A stretch of DNA of 53,549 nucleotides, filler included, from Sphacelaria rigidula (GCA_964200075.2; 4 parts of 4 records of this genome joined end to end with filler, not necessarily neighbours in it), one strand, 5' to 3'. Shown: positions 1 through 11,319, numbered from the whole stretch's first letter. The notes: generated from the sequence alone by a model not told the origin. Numbers and translations: made by a program.

Positions 1-53
1 GTCCGCCCCTACAAAGCCGGGACGGAGCACGCCGGGTTCTCGCCGGACCAGGC
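1..53 (-). repeat. End of a dispersed repeat (GCCTGGTCCGGCGAGAACCCGG...) at the start of contig 1
   Basis: Exact reverse complement of 40073-40125; 46/47 match to 23260-23306. Confidence 0.9.
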
Positions 54-618
54 ACGATGGGGGGGGGGGGATCCAGTTGTCAATGTGTCGGCGAGTCCAC
101 TGCGAATCACGTGTCGAAATTTCGGGTCCCAGCTCGAAAAATTGAGCGGTGTCTGGCGATATTGGCGCTCCCCCGTTTTGTGGCCAGCTCAGCCTGTACA
201 AGTCACACAAGATTGGTCGTATGTCCGTAGTGAGATTTAGAGCAGCAAAAAAATTCCAAACCAAATAATGGTGCCTAGTTTCATCCCAGCTACAACTATC
301 GAGAAATAAACACACCTTCGTCCCCATCTTGTCTGTATCCCAACGCTATTTGTCTCGATCAAAATCTCGTTTCGGATTGCAAATAGTAACGCATCACATC
401 ATTTGAAGAATACATTAAATAATAGATATATACATGAAACAACCACCCACCCACCCCCCCCACCCCCCCCCCCCCCTCCCCCCCCCCTCCCCCCCCCCCC
501 GGCAACAGTGTCACCGTGTATCGCGTTTGCTACCGTCTGCTAAAAGCTCACGAACCCCTCCTGGTTTTTGCTTCTGCTTTTACTATTCTTCTGGTCTTCT
601 TGCCCCTTTTTGCGACAG

Positions 619-705
619 AATTATGTGGATTTCCCGAAGGTGAACGGGTACCGAAGTGTGCACACTACAGTGCTGCACCCGACGGCGGTCATGATGGAGT
701 TACAG
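619..705 (+). CDS. RSH: RelA/SpoT homologue (RSH), synthetase domain, penultimate exon
   Basis: cag acceptor at 616-618 and gtgtgt donor at 706. Encodes NYVDFPKVNGYRSVHTTVLHPTAVMMELQ, matching the RelA/SpoT motif DY..PK.NGY.S.HT and the start of E.Q.RT. Upstream exons lie beyond the contig start. Confidence 0.92.
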
Positions 706-1481
706 GTGTGTGTGCGTGAAGAAAAAAAAACAGACAACGAGTCAAAGCTACAGATTGAACGCGACTCGGTAGAGCTGATTCATGGAGCACAAGAACCGAT
801 ATGATGTATGTAACGTCGGTCGTACAGAATGGGAAGGTAAAACTGTTTTCTTTTGTTTTGCAGCTGCGGCGGCGAGTAACCTCTGATGAAGACATACTGT
901 TACGGCCGCATTTTCGCCACTTGTTGGCCAGTTCTCGTTCGAGGTGTACGCATGCATCCAGCATTTGGGAAAGATGCAGTAATGGAGTTGTGCCGTAGGA
1001 GCGATAGACTGTTTGCGTTCAGTTGCTGAGGTCACGGTGTAGCTCAGCCCAGCACGCGCTATGAAGGACGGCGGTCGGTCCTTACAGAGCCAAGAGGTGG
1101 ACGAGCAAAAGCCACATGGTGCTGGGTAGGGCGAGCGGCTGACACCTTCGCCTAAAGTCGCGAAGTCAGGAGGGTTATTCGTCGATGAGAGATTTGACGA
1201 CATCACGGTGATACGTCGGCACTTTTTTCATCCGTGATATGGATTTATATTGATCCAGGGACCAGGGACCAATTCATACTATTGCCCTCGAAAAATCCGC
1301 ATCCTAAAGGAGGCTGCTTCGTGTTCTTGAGTTCTCACAATTGACTGCTGTCGACGACTACGCTTCACTTTGCTCTTCCTTTGTGGTCGTTTTTGTCGAT
1401 GTCAATGCCGTTCTCATCGTCGCTGTTGTCTATCTCAACCCCGAAACGGAACACGCCGACTCGGGACACAACACCATACAG

Positions 1482-1784
1482 GTGCGCACGGCCAAGATGC
1501 ACAGGGATGCGGAAGGAGGCGCCGCCGCTCACTCTCTGTACAAAGGCGACCTCAAAAATCCTGATGAAGCACTGCTGTTCCGTTCGAAGATGACACCTCC
1601 CGCGCCGTCACCACCACCCTCCCGCGAACGCGTCACGGAAACCCAAAATTTGTTGACCACGACGGAAGAACAGAGCACGGGCAGTAATGATGACGGTGGC
1701 CTCGATGGGATTTTTTGTGACAAGATAGCGAACCAAGAGAGGGTAGAGAGTCCCTCCTCTTCGCCCAATGCCGAGGAGCCTTGA
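1482..1784 (+). CDS. RSH: RelA/SpoT homologue (RSH), last exon
   Basis: cag acceptor at 1479-1481, phase 0, joins in frame to give ELQ|VRTAKMHRDAEGGAAAHSLYKG (RSH motif EVQIRT..MH..AE.G.AAH..YK). A low-complexity tail and TGA follow. Confidence 0.92.
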   Translation: MRTAKMHRDAEGGAAAHSLYKGDLKNPDEALLFRSKMTPPAPSPPPSRERVTETQNLLTTTEEQSTGSNDDGGLDGIFCDKIANQERVESPSSSPNAEEP

Positions 1785-1849
1785 TAGATGTTGGGCTTGA
1801 GGCTGTTCCGGTCAGTGTACCTTCATCACTTTTGTGTCCTGAGATGGGT

Positions 1850-1995
1850 CACGGGGTTCCGGGGGGGGGCGTACTCATTTGTTGCTTGCCTTAGTCGTTT
1901 GACCATTGACCAAACGGGGTCCCGGGGGGGGGGCGGTGGGGGGGGGGGGGGGATACTCATTCGTTGCTTGCCTTGGTCGTTCGACCATGGACCAC
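1850..1995 (+). repeat. Two-copy tandem duplication containing poly-G
   Basis: acgggg..ccggggg...tactcatt.gttgcttgcctt.gtcgtt.gaccat.gacca occurs twice. Contig 2 ends in a similar gggggtactcattt. Confidence 0.75.
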
Positions 1996-4173
1996 ACATC
2001 CCTTTCGAGACGGAGCATTTACGGGGGTGGGGGGGATTTGCAGTTCCTCTCCATGTTTTGCTCGTCCATGAATGTGTTGGCTGCTGTATAAAAAAAAATG
2101 TCCCCTGTATGTTCTGCTCGGGTGTACTTACTGATGTACGTGGGGTGAGTGTGCAGAAACAAATGACCCCCTGACCGTGAGAAAAATTGAGCAAGTTTTA
2201 CGTTAGAGTTGCCGGGGATTGTGGGCTTTTGACTTAGATCTGTGACTGGCGTGATGACAACGAGAATCACGTTGAAAAAGAAAAGGTAAGTCTATCTGTT
2301 GGAATAATACATGTATGTTGTGTAAATGATAAAGGTGGTGTATAGACAACAAGGCCTCTCGTGCAACCATTTAGTGTTTTCGATTATGTGAAGAACAGCG
2401 TGGCAAGGCCTACTCGGATGAAAGCAGACCGAACTAACGATAGCGTTGAAGCTACTTGGCGGATTTTGTTCCCCTCCCCCTCATACAGGATAAGAGGTCG
2501 GCATAAAAGTATTGAAACCAACAAAGGATTCAAGTATCAGTCTCACGGGGGACCCCCCCCCTGTCATCCACTCCGGTTTGCTGCTGTTCGATTTGGTGGG
2601 GTAGCGTCTTGTGTGGAAATTTGAGTTTGGAAACTGCGTTCGTGTTGCGTTGTTTTTCGGTTACCGTGTAGTTCTTCGAGTGACGTGTTCACAACACTTG
2701 CTTCTTTTTGCTTTTGTCAATTTTGGCTGTGGATGTCGTTACTCTTTTTTTGCCTTTTGCTTCCGTCAACTTGCTGGACGGTGTTTTGAGGTAAAGGAAG
2801 AAGAGGAGGAGGCATGTACATAATTTCAGTATACAAGAGGGAGTTCACAGGCACCTTTGTACCGTTGCGCAGGTTGTGCGCAGTGGGGGGGAAAAAAGGC
2901 AAAACGGCCGTCTAGATTTCAGTGTGCACTCGATGGAATCGACGACCATGACGACCTACGATTCAATAATGATGATGATTTTTGTCATGGGCCGAAATTT
3001 GAACTGTGCACGGCGGCGATATCGTTCAATCCTGAGAACACGTCGAATTTTTCCTGGGCGAAGATTGTGAATTTCGTTGACCAGACTAGTGATGACAGTT
3101 GAAGATCATGAGAATGCAGTTTAATATTTTCTCTCAAGTGCCGACGTCGTGAGCACGCAACACACGCGAATAGGCACGAGTTATTTAGGGCTATGTCAAG
3201 ACTTTCAGAACGGCGCCGACACTTGTGTAATATTTCGCTGATTTTTTTGCAATATTTCGTATGCTACACTGCACCGCGTCTCCAGACGTAAACGCATCGC
3301 ATCGTTTACGGATGGTACCCGAATCAGGTAAAGTAGTACCCCGCACTCCAGGCACCACACCGGGTATTTTCAGGCGGCGAAGTACCCGAGGTACCCCGCG
3401 ATGTATGTCGTCTTTTCGGAAATTGAGACCCTGAGTATCCGCAGTGCCTACAAGCTGGGCCAGCCTAGCAGTGGAACTGTAGCTTGTAGACCCATTTTCA
3501 CCCCAGTTTGTGAGTTGGAGTTTCAAATTTGGTACGAAGAACCGCTGGGGCATGATGAAGCAAGACCTTCCGAGACGTTGATGCATGAATATTTCATGAG
3601 TTGAGGGCAAAAGACCCAGTTTTCACTGAAGTGTAAAGCGTCGCTAAATGATCAAGAAAATATATATCAATGTCTCGAAAGTGTGTGTTCTTACTGTACG
3701 GCCTGGCGATTGTCCATACCAAATTTGAAGCTGCAACTGTCACAATTGAGGTGGGGATGGGTGACTTGAAACCTGGGTCGGTTGATATTCGGAAAAATAA
3801 TTTGTAGATCAGTTACCAGCCCTGTATCGGTACTTGTGCTTGAAATTTTGTGTGAGATAACGCTTGGGTATGCTGAAAAAGTAGGAGACGTTATGAGTCG
3901 TATTATCTACTTCGTATTTATTTTCGTGAGTTAAGGACTCATCAGTATAATGACCATATTTTCATGGTTCAACGTCGGTAACTCATCAAAATCAGAAGAA
4001 AAAAAAAGGGGGGGCCCACTTTTTTGTCTTCAGTACAGTATCCCCTTCGCGATTTTCCATACTCAATTCAAAATCACAATCCAACAAGTTGAGCTAAGAA
4101 TCTGAGATGAGGGTACAATGCACTCCCCAAGTTTTCGAGTTTTGAGCCGAAGAGTCACGTCGACCTTCTATAT

Positions 4174-4542
4174 TAGAGCTCCGAAATGGTACCAGTTATA
4201 ACTGGACATTTTCATTATAATGGTAATAATGGTGATGGTTATATGAAAATTTCGGAAACTGGTCCTGAATCATTATTTACCGTTACCCTTTACGTATGCC
4301 ACATACCGTCCTTGAGAATTGGCCCAAATTCAACGTATTTTCTAGCTCTAGTGAAGTCAACTCACGAAAAACGTACTTCCGGCACGTCGCCTCCAGCGGG
4401 GCCTTCCGTGGGTGCCTCTGCCCCCTCTCCCCCCCCCCCTGCTGGAGGGGGCTTTTTCGGGGCGCGGCTGCGCCGCTCGATGACCAATCCATCATGTACC
4501 ATTTAACTCGTTAATGGTAATGCAAACCATTTCCGACCTGTA
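4174..4542. mobile_element. Possible degenerate hAT-type MITE
   Basis: TAGAGCTCCGAAATGGT versus the reverse complement of the right end TACAGGTCGGAAATGGT (14/17). The putative 8-bp TSD matches only 5/8. Confidence 0.35.
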
Positions 4543-4786
4543 TTCTGTGACGGTTTGAGAGACTTACCAACTACACCAGTGATCAGGCGCGCTGACTACG
4601 TCAGTAGTGTATTAGGTTGTCTCCTACACCATCACAAAAGTTAGTTACTGGTTCAATTCCTGTCGGACGCACTTTCTTTGGAAAAAAAAAGAGTAGAGAA
4701 AACCTCTGATACAAAAGTGGCTCAATAGAAAAAGGGGGGAATATAGCCTGGTGGATATGTTTGAAGTTGACTGCTTGGGACCCCAG

Positions 4787-5345
4787 TGCACACTCTGGAA
4801 ATGAGTGGGGGAGAAGAGTAACTCTAGGGTACGGTGAGAAGTGACAACACTAGAAGTCCTGTTGGCAGTCGATAGAGCGCTGGCAAGGGGAATCGCCCTC
4901 CTCAGAGTGAAAGGGAGGGGAATTGGACCCCCAATTAGACCCCCACGACCAACTTTTGTGACGGTTTAAGAGACAACTAACTAGACTACTGATCAGTCAG
5001 CGCTGACTGCGTCAGTGGTAGTGTAGTTAGTTGTCTCCTAAACCGTCACAAAAGTTAGTCGTGGGGGTCTAATTGGGGGTTCAATTCCCGTCCCTTTCAC
5101 TCTGAGGAGGGCGACTCCCCTTGCCAGCGCTCACTGATCAGTAGTCTAGTCAGTTGTCTCTTAAACCGTTACAAAAGTTAGTCGTGGGGGTCTAATTGGG
5201 GGTTCAATTCCCGTCCCTTTCACTCTGAGGAGGGCGACTCCCCTTGCCAGCGCTCTATCGACTGCCATTAGGACTTCTAGTGTTGTCACTTCTCACCGTA
5301 CCCTAGAGTTACTCTTCTCCCCCCCTCATTCCCAGAGTGTGTGCA
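4787..5345. repeat. Long foldback (about 210-bp arms) with an extra internal arm copy and Pol III-like boxes
   Basis: 4787-4997 is close to the reverse complement of 5132-5345. Zero-loop palindrome cagtcagcgctgactg at 4994-5009. 5010-5131 duplicates part of the right arm. A diverged copy of the core lies at 4545-4645. Confidence 0.9.
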
Positions 5346-5555
5346 TATCCTAAAGGCGAGTTAATTTCAATGCCTCTGTCTTTATGACCCCGTCCGGAGC
5401 CCCCCAACCCGGCCACTGTGAACAGATCGAAGCCAAGCCCTGCCTTTCAAAGTCCGTCCCGTTCAAGTCCATGTTGCGGCTCCGCACTGTCCGTATCCTT
5501 CCACCGAGTGAGAAGTTACAACCTACACACACACACGCCGTCCGGGTTAGATACA

Positions 5556-5857
5556 ACAACGTTTTCGTGAGATTGAGAGCAGGGCGCGGATTGAGAGTGG
5601 CTTTGATCATTCACTCTAACTTCGCCAATGTTTCATTCCGTATGTATGTGCTCTTCTTCGCCTCTATCACTGCCGTGTGCTTACAGCTACACGTCGATAT
5701 CCTACTCAGGAATGCCAGGCGCCTCAGTGGTGAGCTACTACAGCAAGAATATCGAGCCTCGTGGACGGGCATTTCGGAACTGAAATGATTCATTCACTGA
5801 TTGACCGCTTTCCACTCTCAATCGCATCCTCTACTCTCAATCTCAAGAAAACGTTGT
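5556..5857. mobile_element. MITE with about 45-bp terminal inverted repeats (TIRs)
   Basis: acaacgttttcgtgagattgagagcaggg...gattgagagtgg is inverted as ccactctcaatc...ctctcaatctcaagaaaacgttgt. Confidence 0.75.
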
Positions 5858-6013
5858 AATACGTGAGGCACCCCCCCCGCTGTCCGAAGGCTTGTGTCTT
5901 ATTATACCGCGTACATTATTTATGTAGGCGATTTTTTCCTTGTTTTTTAAATCGAGAGAAGAGACGAGCAGCTGCTGGGCCAGCCGAGAGGTGGATTCAG
6001 AGTTTGCAAGCCC

Positions 6014-6276
6014 ATGCGCCGGCCAATATTCAGATTTGGAGCGTGAAATTTGGTATGGGCAATGCATAGGTCATAAAAAAGAGTCACGTCGGTACCAAAA
6101 GGATTTTTTTTTTTTCATGAGTTCAGGGCATTTTACTGATACCTGAAAACTGATTATTGTGCTTAACTCATGGAGAAAAAAAATGGTACCGACGGATTTT
6201 TTTTCATGCCCTATGTGCATTGTCCATACCAAATTTTCAAATTCTACGCTCCAACTCTAAATATTGGCCAGCGCAT
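6014..6276. mobile_element. Foldback/MITE with about 110-bp imperfect inverted arms
   Basis: atgcgccggccaatatt...aaatttggtatgggcaatgca...cgtcggtacca...catgagtt pairs with aactcatg...tggtaccgacg...tgcattgtccataccaaattt...aatattggccagcgcat. A related inverted motif pair lies at about 3500-3540 and 3707-3760. Confidence 0.75.
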
Positions 6277-6926
6277 TCGCCTTTCAAAACCGGGTGGGTA
6301 AAAATGCGGAACAGTATTTCGCAGGCAACTCATCGGCCCACGTGTTGTTTTCGTGTATCGAAATTTTGTGCAGGCCCTCGCTAGGGCATAATTATCTGAA
6401 CTCAGTGGGTCAGTTTTTTTTTTATCTTCACAAGAACCACGTAATCTCTATGAAAAAAATATTAAGGCCCTTTATTTTTCGCCACATTTTCTTGGTTCTC
6501 CATCCTGAGTGTCGAATCATAATTATTACTTGGGTGATCCAGCTCGTACATCGCATCCAAACAAATGGTCAGATATACACGATGGAATAAATATCTTGAC
6601 GCTATCAAGCTATGAGCACATTCACTCTTGGGGGCTCTCCCCACTCGCGTGCAGCACAGTAGTATAGGCGATATACCTTTGTGTGCTCACACCGCGGGAG
6701 AGATTGATTGATCCCGGGAGACCGCGGGGTTGTCCTGAGTATGGGTGGGCAGGAGTTAAGGTTCGACGACAAAATATACTGAGTACAGTATTAGCTGTAC
6801 ATCGAGCGACTCATTGCATCGCGGGTCTGTGAAGTGGCCAGGAGTGAATTGATGTAATCTGAGGGAGGCTATGTACTCTGTGCCCGTTCCAGCCACAGGC
6901 CAACCGCCGTAAGACGCACTTACATT

Positions 6927-7085
6927 ATGGAAGATGCAGCAGGTTCGAGCGCTGGGAACGGAAAACGAAAAGAAGTGGATGCCCTCGCCAATGCTCTCAT
7001 GATGGAAATGGAAGACGGCGGGGCCGGGATGCCGGGAAGCCACAAGCGACTTAAACGGCAGCTGACACAAGAATCTGATCTGAAG
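6927..7085 (+). CDS. Putative first exon of an unidentified gene
   Basis: ATG-initiated 53 codons (MEDAAGSSAGNGKRKEVDALANALMMEMEDGGAG...KRLKRQLTQESDLK) ending at AAG|gcaagt, a GC-type donor. A phase-compatible exon follows at 7257-7325 (cag...|gtgagg). No homology recognised. Confidence 0.35.
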
Positions 7086-7733
7086 GCAAGTCAAGGATGT
7101 GCCCTGCCAAGTGCATGCAGTGATACGCTGCTGCGAAGCAGACCCGACATTCCCACGCTGTAGCCAGCTGCTCTCGATTCCATGGAATGGACTTGAGATA
7201 GGCTCAGCGGGGAAAAGATTCACTACGTGTCGGTTTATATCTCGCGTCTTCCACAGGGGTTGCTATCTATCGCGCAGACAGTACAATGCTCTCGCTACTA
7301 TCATGGCTTCTTGGATACGGCTTTGGTGAGGTCGTGGTGACGGCCGACAAGATGGCGCAATTTCAAATTGTTCAACCCATGAGTATGACATGCTACATCC
7401 GGACCGTTTTGGGCCTTATGCAAGATCCCCGACTCTTGGTCGGAGGCCAGCCGCTTCCGATGTAGTGTCATATACACAGTTGCTTGCAATATGTTTGCTA
7501 CCGACCGTTGCAATTAAATAACGAAAGTTTGGTCAACACAACTTTGCACCAGTGCTTGTACTCTTGCGACATAAGCCAGTGAGAACGAAACCTGTACTTG
7601 TGTAGTGCTGCGAGATAATTTCGGTTGCCCGCGACTGTGCATCAGCATTACATGTGTTGCTCTGAGATGTGCACCCATCCATCGTTGCAGTGTCTCACTG
7701 AGTGAGAACCACAGGATGGGGCGAACGTTTTAA

Positions 7734-7830
7734 CCCTTAGACCGCGGGTAGTCCATCTTGATCACCAAATACTTTCTTCAAGTGAAATTGATGCCGATTC
7801 CACTGGTAATCTACCCTCGCGGTGAAAGGG
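7734..7830 (+). mobile_element. About 100-bp piggyBac-like MITE, copy 1
   Basis: TTAA-CCCTTAGACCGCG...CGCGGTGAAAGGG-TTGA with the shared core caagtgaaattgatgccgattc. Confidence 0.85.
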
Positions 7831-8272
7831 TTGAAGGGGACGGGCTTTCACGGCCTCGATAATCATTTGAAAAGATACCGCATTGGATAACAGGTGATGC
7901 AAAAGCAATAGTTGCGGTGGGAAAATATGAAAATAATTCATTATTCACCGTGTGAAGCCTTAGACAGCGAGCGTCGCCTCGGAACAGTTTCACAGGCTGA
8001 CAGTCCAGGGACATCCGTGGGTTTCCAGGGGGTGGGAAGAAGGTTTTCGAGAGGGGGTGGGTGCATGTGCACAGAACAACCGAAGAAGCTCATCAAGTCA
8101 ACCATATGTTTTTGGAAGTTTCCCACGGAAACTTATAAACCAGGAACGAGGCCCGAAAAGAGCGGAGAGAGTATCCTGACCAATCACGACTTTCAAAATG
8201 ATCACTTTGTTCCACCACAGCTCAACAAGTACTACTTCGCTGTCTAGCCGTGTTTCGTACTCTGCTCGTGGT

Positions 8273-9173
8273 AAAAGATGTGCTCCGCTCCGTCAACTCC
8301 GGATATCCGCTGCGTTTGACTCCGATCCTAATCCGCTTCGTTTGAAAAAAAAACATGTTTTTTTTTCGGGGGGGGGAATATCTTGTAACATTACTGTTAT
8401 ATTATATGCAACCTGCTCTGCCCATCAACGAGAACCCGCTCAAGTGGTGGGCGCTGAATGCGCATAAGCACGCACTCATGGCGCATGTCGCCCGGAACGC
8501 CCTGGCTGTTCCGGCATCGTCAGGTCCTTCAGAGCGAGTGTTCTCGCAGAGTGGGCTTCATATAACGCAAGGAAAAAGCAGACGCAAGCCGGAACGGCTT
8601 GAGTCGCCGATGTTTCTATAATTTGGGGTTCTTGGGAGGCGGCCGAGAAGTATCCTCGATCAGCACTCAATTGAAAAGAATCCGACACAGTCATTGCCAC
8701 AAGTAGTTGGTTGTGGGATCGCAAATTGTGTCCTCTCGGGAAGAGACGGAGGAGTCGATGCAACTGGTCGTGAAGCACATCACAGGCGAGCTGTGGTTTG
8801 TAGTGGCCTTGCGAAAGTTGCATGCCGTGGTAGAACTTGTGGTTTCCGGTTTGCCGTGGAAAGGCGTACATTCTTGCACATCGCTGGCGCAATGCGTGAA
8901 TAACGACGACAGCCTTCCCCATTTCGATCTTCATTTGATTGTACATCTGACTCGTGACACGTGACCCAAGGCTCCATCCCCTTTCAGACATGCACAACAT
9001 GCGGGAGAGTTGAGGAGTGTCCATCGCTCGTTTTCCTCGAAATCCATCTGCAAATCGAACATCCGGATATCCGGATATCTGCCACCTTTTTCAATCCGCG
9101 GATTGATCCTGATAAGGCTGCCGAAACTCCGAAATCCGCTCCGTTTGAAAAATTCAAACGGAACACATCTCTA
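8273..9173 (+). mobile_element. Non-autonomous hAT transposon (internal deletion derivative, 901 bp)
   Basis: Ends aaaagatgtgctccg and cggaacacatctcta (TAGAGATGTG-type TIR). 8-bp TSD ctcgtggt (8265-8272) / ctcgttgt (9174-9181). Subterminal tccg motifs. Contains a transposase remnant. Confidence 0.85.
8412..8621 (+). pseudogene. hAT transposase C-terminal dimerisation domain fragment
   Basis: NPLKWWALNAHKHALMAHVARNALAVPASSGPSERVFSQSG matches the hAT dimerisation motif PL.WW...LA...L..PASS..SER.FS..G. The rest of the transposase is missing. Confidence 0.9.
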
Positions 9174-9418
9174 CTCGTTGTCTGTGCCGCCTGCGTGACT
9201 CATGTTTCGCCAGCATAGCTTCACACTGTCTGTCGTGTTGTTGTAGAACACTAAGCAGAGGCATCAGCAGCATGCAGTGTGTTCAGGGGAGACCGGTGGC
9301 ACGCTGGCTGTTTCTTGCCGTTGTATCTAACGAAGATACACGACACACGTACTGACTCTGCACGTGAATCCACTGCAGGGTCAAAACCGGGCAGGGGTTC
9401 TTGTTGTCCAAGGGTTAA

Positions 9419-10076
9419 CCCTTTGACCACGACCCCCCACACGTGGACTGAGATGGACTATGCTGCATATGGGGTTCACAACAGCTCTATTCTCGCTTTA
9501 CAGAACGCCTTTTTCCACCACCTTGTGGATGTTGGGCATCTATGTAGAAGATAGTTCTCGAGAACCCCTGACCGGTTTTGACCGTGCAGTCTACAGCGTG
9601 CAGAGTCAAAATGCGTGCGGTGTGTCTCCGCTGGATACAAGGGCAAGAAGCAGTCAGCGTGCAACGCTCTCCGCGGAACCCAGTTTACTGCATGCTAGTA
9701 ATGCCTCTGCTTCGTGTTCCACAACAAAACGATAGTGTGAAGCTACGTCAAGCAGGTGGCACGGACCTCAAGTAGGGTGCAGAAAACACGTTATTTGTGC
9801 CTCATATTATCTACGGTTGAATTGCCATGACCAAAATGATAAATACCCCTATACAAGGAAGTAGTCCACCTGTAGGGGAACTACGTGATCATTCCGCGCC
9901 TCTCGGGCATCGTTCTTGGCGTAGAATATTCCGCGAGAAACCTCCGAACACACATGGTTGACTTGGTGAGCTTCCCGGCTGCTCTGCGGACAGATCCCCG
10001 CCCACTGGAAACCCCCGAATGTCTCCGGACTGTCAACCTGTAAAACTGTTTCGAGGCGACGCTCGCTGTCGAAGGC
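9419..10076 (-). mobile_element. Longer non-autonomous piggyBac-like element, unit B (inverted relative to unit A)
   Basis: TTAA-CCCTTTGACC...CTCGCTGTCGAAGGC-TTAA. Shares TTAA 9415-9418 with unit A and TTAA 10077-10080 with the next MITE. Confidence 0.7.
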
Positions 10077-10080
10077 TTAA

Positions 10081-10177
10081 CCTTTCGACAGCGAGAGTAG
10101 ATCATCTGTTGAATAGGCATCAATTTCACTTGAAAAAGTATGCATGGTCCAGATGGACTGCCCTCGCGGTCTAAGAG
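10081..10177 (-). mobile_element. About 100-bp piggyBac-like MITE, copy 2
   Basis: TTAA-CCTTTCGACAGCGAG...CTCGCGGTCTAAGAG-TCAA with the core in reverse orientation. Confidence 0.85.
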
Positions 10178-11319
10178 TCAAGTATTGAGCATACTGCCTA
10201 CCCGTATGTATTTGCATGCAATAGTTGCGATAGGGAATAAATGTTTTGCGAAGGGTATCGATCCTATTTCCTGTTGGTGCAATAGGCTCGACACATGACG
10301 CCGTGTATTTTTCTTTTGCAACTTTTGCGTCACCTATTATCTAGAGTGCGGACAAGATGGTCGACCAACCCCTGTTCGGAAACATACACCAGGTGATTTT
10401 TGAGTCTAGAATAATCTGAACAGTGTTTTGAAATGAACCGCCCAGGTGCTGTCGTAGGCTCCCTCCGTAGCGTACGAACTTTGTACAGCGTACCAGGCGG
10501 GATAAACATGCTCTCGAGACAATCGCCTGGCACTCACATGGGCGAAAACATATGAAGACCTTCTAGGGTAATTTTCCTGTCTCACCAACGGTCTCTCCGT
10601 TTTTGCTTACCGGGCAAAACTCTGGGAGAGCGTTGGTGCCCGGTGATCGGAGCACAAACGTGTACTCTTAGACGATAGTAGCCTGTGGAAGGAACTCGAA
10701 ATTGTACGACCACCGACATTTTGCCGCTGGTGAAAGGTCTGAATTATGGCGTTACATCCCTTTAAAATCCGCCAGAGTCGGGTACCATTTCCGCGTTCAG
10801 GCACCGAAGGACGTACAGGTATTAGTTTGGGGAGAGAAGATGAAACTTCAGGACATGTTGCGTTTTCCGTCAGAAACAGGTATGCCGTGGTTACGGTCAA
10901 TGGCGTGGCTGGAAATCCGGTCGGCCTGTGCTACTCGAATATGGCGGGAATACGTTCAGGTGTACCTGAATCCGTCGCTTTTACCCCTCCCCCCCAAAAA
11001 ATAAAAATCGTGAAAAAGAAACACCGCGTGGTAACAGCGGCAGGCTATTGTTGTACAAAGGAAACATGTTAAAGGAAAATATAGATGACAGTTTCAGGTG
11101 CAACTGGACATTTTTCGGCCACAAGTAGGTACAGGCTGTACCGCAGTTCATAGCGCCCAAGATTTTCGGCTACGATACCGTCATCGAGTGAAACAGTTGG
11201 CGAGAAATACCACAGGTGTCCCTGCTTCCTTCTTCTCCCCAAGACTTGTGAAAAGTCTCCAGCCTGTACCTGTACCTGGTGGAAAGTTGCAAGTTCATAT
11301 TTGTCAGGGTGCGGGCACG

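Larger units (their letters stand above)
7957..9414 (+). mobile_element. Longer non-autonomous piggyBac-like element, unit A (about 550 bp plus a nested hAT)
   Basis: Begins tgaa-GCCTTAGACAGCGAG and ends GTCCAAGGG-TTAA. With the hAT removed it aligns in inverted orientation with about 9561-10076. Confidence 0.7.

Noticed and set aside
443..500. Poly-C tract read as a proline-rich ORF or regulatory G-quadruplex
   Set aside because: It is an intronic low-complexity run, and similar G/C runs occur throughout the window.
4590..4675. tRNA gene
   Set aside because: A B-box/T-loop-like motif is present but I could not form a cloverleaf, and the 5' part is a copy of the palindromic repeat core.
9216..9745. 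Stand-alone foldback MITE with TA ends
   Set aside because: The inverted similarity continues outward to 7957 and 10076 once the hAT is removed. It is the junction of two inverted piggyBac-like units.
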